A stretch of 32,000 nucleotides of DNA from an uncultured Nitrososphaerota archaeon. GTDB lineage: Archaea > Korarchaeota > Korarchaeia > Korarchaeales > Korarchaeaceae. This document shows positions 24,771 to 32,000 of this stretch, in pieces. The position numbers and the translations under genes were made by a program. Under the pieces are notes generated by a model that was not told the origin of the DNA, did not search any database, and was given only the letters and a program-made list of their open reading frames with translations. Location of the stretch: NCBI GenBank assembly GCA_964480775.1, contig CAYZRF010000002.1:90001-122000 (forward strand), in the 5' to 3' direction. Numbering within the stretch: position 1 is the first letter of the stretch; each line of letters opens with the position of its first letter.

Positions 24771-26960
24771 TTGCTTGTGGCTCTTATTCCTGTATATGTA
24801 TTTTGGCTCTTTAAATTGGGGATATATCTCATATTTCCTGCACTTTACATTTCAACAGTTTATTCTTCGTTTGCCAGAAGAGAGAACAGAGCCATAGGTA
24901 TGTCAGAACGGTTCAGAGAAGTAGGAATGGATCTAAATAGACTGGTTAGATCAACACTCAAACCCGTTTCTATAATGGTGAAGCTAACAGAGAAGCTATT
25001 AGAGGAAATTCCCTCATTGATCTTCCTTTCCCTTGCCTTAGGATTCGTTACTCCCATTGCAACGACTTTCTATCTAAAGAACCGTAAAAAATCCCTTCTT
25101 AGAGACATTACATTCTTAGGGGCTCTTACGGCAGGATACGCTTGGGGAATCCTGTGGTTTATAAGGATAGGATGGCTACTATCGTTTCTATTTCTACCAT
25201 TTGCCGCTTCCTTTTCATCATACAAAAGACGAACGCCACAGATTTTATTCAAAGAAGTAATTCCAGTGGTAATTAGGCCATCATTCCCCTATTCAAAGGT
25301 TGTCCATGTGCTAATACTTATCCACTCAATTTTACTCTCTTACCTATGGCTAAGGGACTCCTCTATAGTAAATCCAGATAACGCATATCATGTGTTAATA
25401 GCAAAAACACTTGCAGAAAAAGGCTTCTTCTTATGGGATTCCATAGAGTTCGCACCATCAGGTAGACCACATCTATATCCACCTCTGTTTCATGCATTGG
25501 TGGCAATATTAGGCAAGGCACTAGGAGGAGACTCATGGTCTTTTATCTTCGCCAATGATTTAGTCTCAGTTGGAATTTACTCCCTTGGTCTTTACGTGTC
25601 ATGGTATGTGGGGAGAAAGCTCTATCAGGAAATGGGGGGCTTCATGGTATTTACAATTACCTCGGGCTTGTTAATGCCTGCTCTTTCAATGGCGATAGGT
25701 CTTCCATCAGCGCTTGTCTTTATATTCACTCCTCTCGCTACTATTTGGTTTTTAGAAGGCAGATTGTTGCCCTCTTTCATTTCATGCGTGGCTTCTTTTT
25801 ATAGCCACACATCCGGGATCGTTATAACTCCTATTGCGCTTGTGTTAGCAGGAATACTTGCTAAGAAATTTAGCCAATCCCTCAAAATCATAGCTTTATC
25901 CCTTCTCGTTTACTTTCCATGGCTCATAAGAATGTTGATATTTATAGAGTGGTTTAAGATTCCTGAAGCAGACATACCAGCCGAAATAGAGTTTGCTCTC
26001 CTGATTCCAGCCCTATTTGGATTATTTTTAGCACTAAGGCATCCAAGAAAGCACGCTCTTCAACTAGGATATATAGCATCCTTATTACCAGTTCTCATAT
26101 CTTATCCGGGAAGAGCAAGTATTCAGGGATGTTTCTCCCTCGCCCTGTTGGCAACTCTCTTTTTTACGAAAATCTTTCAAAGAATGCCAAAGAAGCACCT
26201 GAAAAAAGCTCTTACAGTATTTTTCTTATTCTTCTATGTATTTCCACTAGGTCCGTCAACTATAGTGCTGGAATCCATTATGTTGTTTGAGAAGAGCCCC
26301 CTTGGAGGAGAAATTTCTTGGAATACGGCAGAGAAGATAGGAAACTTACTTCAACTTCATGTTAATGCAAACGAAATAGTCCACTTTCAACAACCCTATT
26401 TGGGTTGCGCCGTCGCAACTTTTGTTCCCATAAGAATAGATGGTGGTGCATGGGGTGAAGTGGCCCCTGAGGATACAGGCGGAAGAATAGGTGAAAATAT
26501 CAATACGTTGGTGATAAAACAGCTAATTCCAACTCAACAAGATGAGATAGAACCCATATTTCAAGTCTTAGGATCTATTGACTCGTTTTTAGTGATAAAA
26601 TTGAATCAGGAAGCCGTAAATAATTCTGTACTAAGTGATCTGATGTCCAAGATATCGATGCATGCCAACAAAACCTATAACCTTATAACTATAAATAGAA
26701 CAAAAGCCGCAGCTCATCTTTCATCGCTTGAACTTCTATTTATTGCTCTTTCTCTATTCTACAAGGATAAAGATCCCAAACTTTATCTAAAAATCCAAGA
26801 GTTAGCTCAGTTTTCTGGCATGCTTTCTACCCTATTAACGGAAGATTGGGCAAAAAATCTTTTAACAGACGAGCAAATACAAGAAATAAAAAGCTACCTA
26901 AAGATAGTTGTAGGTTTAGCTCAAATCGGTGACTTTTCGCCCTTGTTAGAAGAGAGTTGA
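24771..26960 (+). CDS. Large polytopic membrane protein, GT-C-fold glycosyltransferase-like (PMT_2/ArnT/STT3-related)
   Basis: 729 aa with many hydrophobic helices. The loop NPDNAYHVLIAKTLAEKGFFLWDSIEFAPSGRPHLYPPLF resembles the first periplasmic loop of GT-C enzymes (D..Y.......G.....PPL). No WWDYG motif was seen. A C-terminal region of ~200 aa looks soluble. The start is uncertain: TTG 24771, GTG 24777 or ATG 24900. Confidence 0.5.
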   Translation: MLVALIPVYVFWLFKLGIYLIFPALYISTVYSSFARRENRAIGMSERFREVGMDLNRLVRSTLKPVSIMVKLTEKLLEEIPSLIFLSLALGFVTPIATTFYLKNRKKSLLRDITFLGALTAGYAWGILWFIRIGWLLSFLFLPFAASFSSYKRRTPQILFKEVIPVVIRPSFPYSKVVHVLILIHSILLSYLWLRDSSIVNPDNAYHVLIAKTLAEKGFFLWDSIEFAPSGRPHLYPPLFHALVAILGKALGGDSWSFIFANDLVSVGIYSLGLYVSWYVGRKLYQEMGGFMVFTITSGLLMPALSMAIGLPSALVFIFTPLATIWFLEGRLLPSFISCVASFYSHTSGIVITPIALVLAGILAKKFSQSLKIIALSLLVYFPWLIRMLIFIEWFKIPEADIPAEIEFALLIPALFGLFLALRHPRKHALQLGYIASLLPVLISYPGRASIQGCFSLALLATLFFTKIFQRMPKKHLKKALTVFFLFFYVFPLGPSTIVLESIMLFEKSPLGGEISWNTAEKIGNLLQLHVNANEIVHFQQPYLGCAVATFVPIRIDGGAWGEVAPEDTGGRIGENINTLVIKQLIPTQQDEIEPIFQVLGSIDSFLVIKLNQEAVNNSVLSDLMSKISMHANKTYNLITINRTKAAAHLSSLELLFIALSLFYKDKDPKLYLKIQELAQFSGMLSTLLTEDWAKNLLTDEQIQEIKSYLKIVVGLAQIGDFSPLLEES

Positions 26961-26987
26961 TTGACAGAAAGAAACTTCGTAATTTTT

Positions 26988-27275
26988 CTACATGAAATCT
27001 ACGCCTTTAGCGGTTAAGATGCCCGTCAAGATAAAAATGCCCGCAATTAGATATCTTAGATATTTTTCTGGCAATAAAAGAGCTAGTCCTCTTCCAAAAA
27101 CGACAGAAAATACTGAAGCAACGGCTAGACCAATTATGGTCGCCAGATAAACTAGTATGGGCTTTGGTATTTTAGCAGAAAAACACACCGCGCATAGTTG
27201 GGTCTTATCAGCCATTTCCATTAGAAAAACAGTTCCTATCATCGTTAGGAACTCTTTAATTGTAGATTTAGGCAC
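26988..27275 (-). CDS. UPF0016 (GDT1/TMEM165/MneA) family half-size cation transporter subunit
   Basis: 95 aa with 3 predicted TM helices. It has the family signature E-x-G-D-K-T in variant form, EMADKTQ, in TM1. GTG start preceded by GGGTGGA. Confidence 0.6.
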   Translation of the reverse strand: MPKSTIKEFLTMIGTVFLMEMADKTQLCAVCFSAKIPKPILVYLATIIGLAVASVFSVVFGRGLALLLPEKYLRYLIAGIFILTGILTAKGVDFM

Positions 27276-27342
27276 TTACTTCCACCCGTCACGTTTCTTA
27301 TGACTTCCTCTTAAAAGCCTTATGAATGAAAAAAGGAGCAAG

Positions 27343-28344
27343 CTATTTTCCTTCTTTTCCTACTCTGTGAATCCTCCTTAATGCTATCATATAGGTGATG
27401 AATCCAAAAACAAGCTGATTGGCAAATATCACTACATCAGCCATAATTAGAGTAATAGCAAAGGCTAGTTCACTTGATATCCCAAAAGCCTTTAAGATCT
27501 CGACGGAAATCCACTCTCTAAAGCCAACGTTACCAGGAATACCAAAACTGAGTCTAAGCATGATTATATTTAATGAATAAATGAGTGCTCCTAGCATAAA
27601 TGGGATATCTATCCCCAAAGCATGAAAAAGTACGAATATTGGTAAAATATCGAAAAACCAGCTACCAAAAGATAAGACAAGCGCAGTCGCCATGAGCTTT
27701 TTATTTCTCTTTAGTAGCCTAAAACCCTCTATATACTGTTCAGTCATGCGTTTTTCTCTTGTAAGGTCTCTTTTAGAGAGTTTACCTATGAAATTTATGA
27801 TGCTTATCAACACTTTCTCGTTTGTACTCACATAGAATGCAAAAATAATCAAAAAAGCAGTCACAGCAGTCATCGAAACAGCCTTAATCCCAGCACTACT
27901 CAATTCAAGTCCTGATATAAAGAGGTAAATCATTCCTAAGAAAACGCTCAACATGAACGGAAATAGCATCGTTATCCTGTGTAGAGCAACAGATAATGCT
28001 GCTTTTGGGACATCTACCCCCCTTTTATTTGCCACATAAATCCTGAAAGTATCCATTGATAGAAGCCCAGCAGGTATGACATAGTGAATGAAAACGCCAG
28101 CCCACGTAGAAAGATATACATCAAAAAAGCTTATTCCTCCTTCCAGAAACATGAACCAAGCAAGCGAATAAAGAATATAACCAATATGCACTAATAACAA
28201 AGAGAGGGCTACTGGAATAATGCCTATTTCTATAAGAGCAGCCTTCACTTGATTTAGGTCCATTTTAGACGCTAAAACAATGAAAACAAGCAGGCCGATG
28301 AAGCCAAAAATTGCTGTGATAAGTTTGGGTTTAATCTCTCTCAC
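27343..28344 (-). CDS. UPF0104 / LPG-synthase-TM (flippase-like) family membrane protein
   Basis: 333 aa with ~8 TM helices. The N-terminal K-rich stretch, TM helix and ...DLNQVKAAL pattern are typical of the TIGR00374-type family. GTG start, 8 nt downstream of a GGAGG that overlaps the pfkB stop codon. Confidence 0.45.
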   Translation of the reverse strand: MREIKPKLITAIFGFIGLLVFIVLASKMDLNQVKAALIEIGIIPVALSLLLVHIGYILYSLAWFMFLEGGISFFDVYLSTWAGVFIHYVIPAGLLSMDTFRIYVANKRGVDVPKAALSVALHRITMLFPFMLSVFLGMIYLFISGLELSSAGIKAVSMTAVTAFLIIFAFYVSTNEKVLISIINFIGKLSKRDLTREKRMTEQYIEGFRLLKRNKKLMATALVLSFGSWFFDILPIFVLFHALGIDIPFMLGALIYSLNIIMLRLSFGIPGNVGFREWISVEILKAFGISSELAFAITLIMADVVIFANQLVFGFITYMIALRRIHRVGKEGK

Positions 28345-28356
28345 ATATTCTCCCTC

Positions 28357-29265
28357 CTATGTGCCGTAGAAAGTCGATGCCATAACCAAAACCTCATTCC
28401 AGGTTGGAATTCCTGATGTTGTACCAGGTCTACTAATTTTGAGGGCCGATGCAGAGTTGGCTAGCTTTAGGGATTCTTCAACCCCATAATTCCTAGCTCT
28501 AGCAACTAAGTAAGTAGCATCAAATACATCACCAGCGCCCGTAGTATCAACAACAAGTGGAGAGAGGGCAGGAACTTCATATAACGCTCCTTCAACAAGA
28601 GCAACCGACCCCTTATCTCCAAGTTTGACTATGACTTCCGTAGGACCAAGTTTTGATAAGAATCTCATTGCTTCTATGATTTCTTCTTTTCCTGATAGTA
28701 TCTTAGCTTCTTCTTTGTTAATCAAAATTCTCTTAACTGACCCAAACATTGGTTTAAGTTTGTTTAAACCAAGGCGTACTACTTTTATTCCTGGATCCCA
28801 TGATAAATCGTCTCTAATCTTTGCAACAGCGAGAGCATTCTTTATTTCTAAAGATGCCACATGGACAAAATCTGCCCCTGATATTGCTGTGCTCCACTTT
28901 TGAATGATCTTTGAATCCATCCTAGCGTTAGCACCAGAGACAGAGATCATTCTCCTTTGTTTTCCAATCTCATTTATAACGACAACCATGCCTGTACTAG
29001 TCCCTTTGACTGTCTCAACATGACTAACATCAACACCAAGCCTTTGGAGTTTATCTATGAAAAATTTCCCTAATAGGTCGTCTCCAACCATTGCAAGGAG
29101 TCCGGCTTCTTCTCCCAGCTTTGTCACACATATCGCAAAGTTCGATGCTGCACCACCAGTTCCAACCATACTAGTTTGCACTTTGACATCGCTATCTGGG
29201 GCAGGCAACTTTGGTACAAACAACGTAATGTCAATGTTCGCATGTCCTACAGAGATGAACTTCAA
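28357..29265 (-). CDS. PfkB/ribokinase-family carbohydrate or nucleoside kinase
   Basis: 302 aa. GTGGAASN (GG motif) and the DTTGAGDVFDA catalytic motif. TTG start, 3 nt after a GGGTGAT that follows the udp stop codon. Confidence 0.8.
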   Translation of the reverse strand: MKFISVGHANIDITLFVPKLPAPDSDVKVQTSMVGTGGAASNFAICVTKLGEEAGLLAMVGDDLLGKFFIDKLQRLGVDVSHVETVKGTSTGMVVVINEIGKQRRMISVSGANARMDSKIIQKWSTAISGADFVHVASLEIKNALAVAKIRDDLSWDPGIKVVRLGLNKLKPMFGSVKRILINKEEAKILSGKEEIIEAMRFLSKLGPTEVIVKLGDKGSVALVEGALYEVPALSPLVVDTTGAGDVFDATYLVARARNYGVEESLKLANSASALKISRPGTTSGIPTWNEVLVMASTFYGT

Positions 29266-29275
29266 GGTATCACCC

Positions 29276-30103
29276 TTACAACAATGATGGATAGAAATAT
29301 CTTTTATTCTTCAGTTTTTTAGCCTCATCCCACTCAGCAAGGATGTGAACAGCCTCATTCGCTACTTTTATAGCCTCTTTCTCTCCTTTAATGCCAAATT
29401 CATTTCTCACTCTGTCCGCGTACACAGCGCATATAGCTCCAGCTCTCCTATCAAAGAGGCTGGCCAGGGTAAAAACGGTAGACGCTTCCATTTCAAAGTT
29501 AATAACTCTGGCTTTCTGCAAATCCGGAATTAGACTGTCCATCCAACTTTGCCAATAACCGCCACAACCTCTTCTTCCTTGACCCACATAGAAACTATCT
29601 GTTGAAGCAGTTATTCCGACATGGTACCTATATCCAAAAGATTCTGCTGCTTCTATTAAGGCCATAATAACTTCATAACTCGCAAGAGCAGGATATTCAG
29701 GAATTATGTATTGCTTACTTGTTCCATCCAACCTCACGGCTCCTATCGAAATGATTAGATCTCCTACCCTTGCTCCTGGCAAAATCGATCCAGTACTTCC
29801 AACCCTGATGAACGTGTCTGCACCTAGCCTAGATAACTCTTCTACAGCAATTCCAGCGGCAGGCCCGCCTATTCCCGTGGAACAAGTCATTAAATCCACT
29901 CCTTTGTACTTTCCAACATATATTACATACTCTCTATGGCCAGCGACGAACCACTTTTCATCCCACTCTTCTGCAATCTTTTCAGCTCTTTCAGGATCTC
30001 CGGGAAGTAAGACATATTTCCTGATGTCTTTTGGACTTGCTCTAATATGATATTGAACTCCCCCCTCTAGTTCTGGTTCTTCAGCACTTTTGAATTTCTT
30101 CAA
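29276..30103 (-). CDS. udp: Uridine phosphorylase (PNP_UDP_1 family)
   Basis: LPGDPERAEKIA, CSTGIGGPAAGIAVEEL, IRVGSTGS and the EMEAST blocks match Udp. The track ORF starts at ATG 30142. I prefer in-frame TTG 30103, which overlaps the tmk stop (TTGA) and lies 7 nt downstream of GGAGG (30115-30111). Confidence 0.85.
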   Translation of the reverse strand: MKKFKSAEEPELEGGVQYHIRASPKDIRKYVLLPGDPERAEKIAEEWDEKWFVAGHREYVIYVGKYKGVDLMTCSTGIGGPAAGIAVEELSRLGADTFIRVGSTGSILPGARVGDLIISIGAVRLDGTSKQYIIPEYPALASYEVIMALIEAAESFGYRYHVGITASTDSFYVGQGRRGCGGYWQSWMDSLIPDLQKARVINFEMEASTVFTLASLFDRRAGAICAVYADRVRNEFGIKGEKEAIKVANEAVHILAEWDEAKKLKNKRYFYPSLL

Positions 30104-30717
30104 GCGAATGCCTCCTGTAGTTTTGGTTCTACAACTTTCCAAATAAGATTAGCTACCTGATCGATAGATCCCCTTCCATCGACTATCTCAACCCATGGAA
30201 ACTCTTCTGCTATTTTCAAGTAGTTTTGTCTGATTAGCTCAGCATCTCCCTTTCTTTCAAATATTTCTCTTCGATTTCCCCTTTTTTCTATTCTTTCTCT
30301 AGCGATAGACTCATCTACATCTATTAGAATGCATATGTCTGGGTGTGGGGCGCAAGAATTCACTTCTTTGACCCAAGAAACAGGTAAGAAAAGTCCCTGA
30401 TATGCTAACGAAGATAACACGTATCTATCTGAGATGACTACACGTCCCTCCAATAGAGCCGGTAGAATCTCAGAAGAGAAATGATGAGCCCTGTCGGCAG
30501 CAAATAGGAGAGCAAGCATACAGGGCTCATGTTCGAGTTCGCCACTTAGTACCCTCCGAATAATTCGTCCAATCGGTCCAGATGTGGGCTCTTTAGTTAC
30601 TAGAACCTCTTTGCCGAGAGATCTAATTCTATCGGCCAAGATCATGGTTTGGGTTGTAAGCCCAGCCCCATCTATTCCTTCTATACTTACAAATAGACCC
30701 CGCCATTCTTTCTTCAT
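30100..30717 (-). CDS. tmk: Thymidylate kinase homolog with an atypical P-loop (Lys to Leu)
   Basis: FVSIEGIDGAGLTTQ (family consensus EG.DG.GKTTQ), TKEPTSGPIG, LLFAADRAHH and VISDRYVLSSLAYQG are all dTMP-kinase blocks. The Walker-A lysine codon reads CTT (30660-30658). Confidence 0.8.
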   Translation of the reverse strand: MKKEWRGLFVSIEGIDGAGLTTQTMILADRIRSLGKEVLVTKEPTSGPIGRIIRRVLSGELEHEPCMLALLFAADRAHHFSSEILPALLEGRVVISDRYVLSSLAYQGLFLPVSWVKEVNSCAPHPDICILIDVDESIARERIEKRGNRREIFERKGDAELIRQNYLKIAEEFPWVEIVDGRGSIDQVANLIWKVVEPKLQEAFA

Positions 30718-30781
30718 ATCACACCCACAGAGCGGGGCAACATAATAATTTTGAATCTTAGTTAGGTGAATTAAGCGGTGC

Positions 30782-31696
30782 TTGAATGTGATACTAGTTG
30801 GGCCAGCAGACGAATTTAACAGGAGTATAGCGTCAAAAATGGGTATTCCCCTAGTAGATATGCAGAGAAGGGTTTTTCCTGATGGAGAGTTGTGCCCTAG
30901 AATTAAGATAGAGAAAGAAGATCAACTCAAAGGAGAAGAGGTGATTCTCTCACTAAGAATGCCTTCAAAGAGCTGTAATCCTAACTCCTATCTTATAGAG
31001 GTTATCCTGACGATAAGGAACTTAAGAGAACATGTGGGAGCTTCTAGTATTCAAGTTGTAATGCCTTACTTCCCATATGCTCGACAAGACAATATCTTCA
31101 GACCAGGAGAGCCACTAAGTGCAAAATACGTTGCAAATTTACTCGAAGAAGCTGGAGCTGAGAGGGTATATGCTGTGACAGTTCATTTACACAGAGTAGG
31201 TTCTTTCCCAGGTCTGTTTCAAAGGGCTCAAGGTGTAAATATTTCCGGTTTTCCATCCCTTGCAGCCGCCCTGAAACAAATGGATTTGATCGACCCATAC
31301 ATCATAGCTCCTGATGAGGAAGCAGTTGTATGGGCTAAGGAAGTAGCTGAGCATTTAGGGACGAAGGATTACACTGCGTTCATTAAGGAGAGAGATGTGG
31401 AAACTGGAGAAATTAAAACTACTATAAAAGAGATAAACGTAAAGAATAGAGACGCTGTAGTCGTAGATGACATTGTTTCAACGGGAGGGACAATGGCAAA
31501 TGCCGTAGAGGCTGTAAGGAAAATGGGAGCTAGGAAGGTTTACTCAGCCTTTGTTCACCCAGTTCTTGTGGGAAACGCTCTAGATAGAATAATAGGTGCA
31601 GGGGCTAACGAAATTATAGCTGCAGATACGTTAATATGGGAAGGTTCTAAGGCAAGCGTTGTTGATCAGATAGTGGAGGAGATTAAAGGAAAATGA
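30782..31696 (+). CDS. prs: Ribose-phosphate pyrophosphokinase (PRPP synthetase)
   Basis: FPDGE, MPYFPYARQD and the PRPP-binding loop VVVDDIVSTGGTM. Track start is TTG 30782; GTG 30788 is an alternative. Confidence 0.9.
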   Translation: MNVILVGPADEFNRSIASKMGIPLVDMQRRVFPDGELCPRIKIEKEDQLKGEEVILSLRMPSKSCNPNSYLIEVILTIRNLREHVGASSIQVVMPYFPYARQDNIFRPGEPLSAKYVANLLEEAGAERVYAVTVHLHRVGSFPGLFQRAQGVNISGFPSLAAALKQMDLIDPYIIAPDEEAVVWAKEVAEHLGTKDYTAFIKERDVETGEIKTTIKEINVKNRDAVVVDDIVSTGGTMANAVEAVRKMGARKVYSAFVHPVLVGNALDRIIGAGANEIIAADTLIWEGSKASVVDQIVEEIKGK

Positions 31697-32000
31697 AGAA
31701 GGTGCCCCTAGGGATTTCTGCCATAAACTCTATTCTATTAACAATTTCAGCTATTTTACTTGCAACAGGATTGTCTGGAGTTCTAAATCTACCAGATTCC
31801 CCTTTGAACCCGATCTTAAGGATATTAGGTGTAAATATTGAGCTTCCTAAGCCAGCCACGCTTGGTGGGGCCGTCTCCATCATAGCTTCGATTATAATAT
31901 TTGTTGCGGTATTAGGATTGGGTAGAGGCAAAAAATGGGCATTTTTCACAACAATATCTCTATTCACAATATCTTCAGTCTTTGAGGCACCAGCCGCTCT
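31693..32000 (+). CDS. Membrane protein, N-terminal part (continues past the window end)
   Basis: Manual translation from ATG 31693, which overlaps the prs stop as ATGA: MKKVPLGISAINSILLTISAILLATGLSGVLNLPDSP...GGAVSIIASIIIFVAVLGLGRGKKWAFFTTISLFTISSVF. There are no stop codons to the window end and the sequence has clear hydrophobic helices. Confidence 0.5.
   Translation, partial: MKKVPLGISAINSILLTISAILLATGLSGVLNLPDSPLNPILRILGVNIELPKPATLGGAVSIIASIIIFVAVLGLGRGKKWAFFTTISLFTISSVFEAPAA

Noticed and set aside
706-31298. Numerous 60-110-aa ORFs antisense to or nested in the large genes (for example 706-963, 1681-2004, 13315-13551, 14880-15104, 17115-17327, 17622-17900, 23049-23375, 28625-28903, 29706-30050)
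   Set aside because: Each sits inside a longer ORF with strong family motifs on the other strand or in another frame. They have low-complexity Ser/Leu/Pro-rich composition typical of shadow ORFs and no start-site signals.
31683-31967. 94-aa minus-strand ORF at the window end
   Set aside because: The plus strand carries an uninterrupted ORF starting at an ATGA overlap with prs and encoding clear transmembrane helices. The minus-strand ORF is most likely its antisense shadow.
1-32000. Search for CRISPR arrays, direct or inverted terminal repeats, transposase/integrase genes, tRNAs and defence-system genes
   Set aside because: None seen. There are no regularly spaced repeats, no recombinase-like ORFs and no cloverleaf-compatible intergenic sequences. 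The window looks like a core housekeeping region. Long-range repeats cannot be excluded without a computational self-alignment.

Overview
Compact, gene-dense chromosomal segment of an archaeon, roughly 40% GC by eye. It is probably a TACK/Thermoproteota-type lineage. The pointers are ribosomal proteins S17e and S26e, archaeal DnaG, Pelota, a stand-alone 5S rRNA, TATA-box promoters about 25 nt upstream of start sites, and GGAGGTGA-type Shine-Dalgarno motifs at internal operon genes.

The content is almost entirely housekeeping:
- Central metabolism: GcvT (partial), a GlcD/GlcF-like oxidoreductase pair, a nucleotide-sugar dehydrogenase, two class-I aminotransferases.
- Translation and RNA: S17e, S26e, IleRS-AspRS, Pelota, a Thg1-like protein, a Nudix hydrolase.
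- Replication: DnaG, a degenerate DHH (RecJ/Cdc45-like) protein.
- Lipid and envelope: a polyprenyl synthase, a dolichol-kinase-like protein, a GT-C-like glycosyltransferase, UPF0016 and UPF0104 membrane proteins.
- Nucleotide metabolism: AMP phosphorylase, a tightly coupled tmk-udp-pfkB-membrane protein operon, and a divergent prs.

I found no tRNAs, CRISPR arrays, transposases, integrases or recognisable defence genes. I do not see a convincing novel multi-gene system.

The most noteworthy items are:
1. An unannotated H/ACA-type sRNA with a textbook K-turn and its own TATA box (6091-6170).
2. A TtuA/NcsA-like protein that has lost its PP-loop and Fe-S cysteines.
3. A thymidylate-kinase homolog lacking the Walker-A lysine, at the head of a nucleoside-salvage operon that may feed the archaeal pentose-bisphosphate pathway.
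4. A wHTH regulator whose natural ATG and promoter are one nucleotide out of frame at a GGG/(GA)n tract.
5. A small VirB2/CedA1-like secreted two-helix protein.

All functional calls rest on motif recognition by eye. No database search was run.
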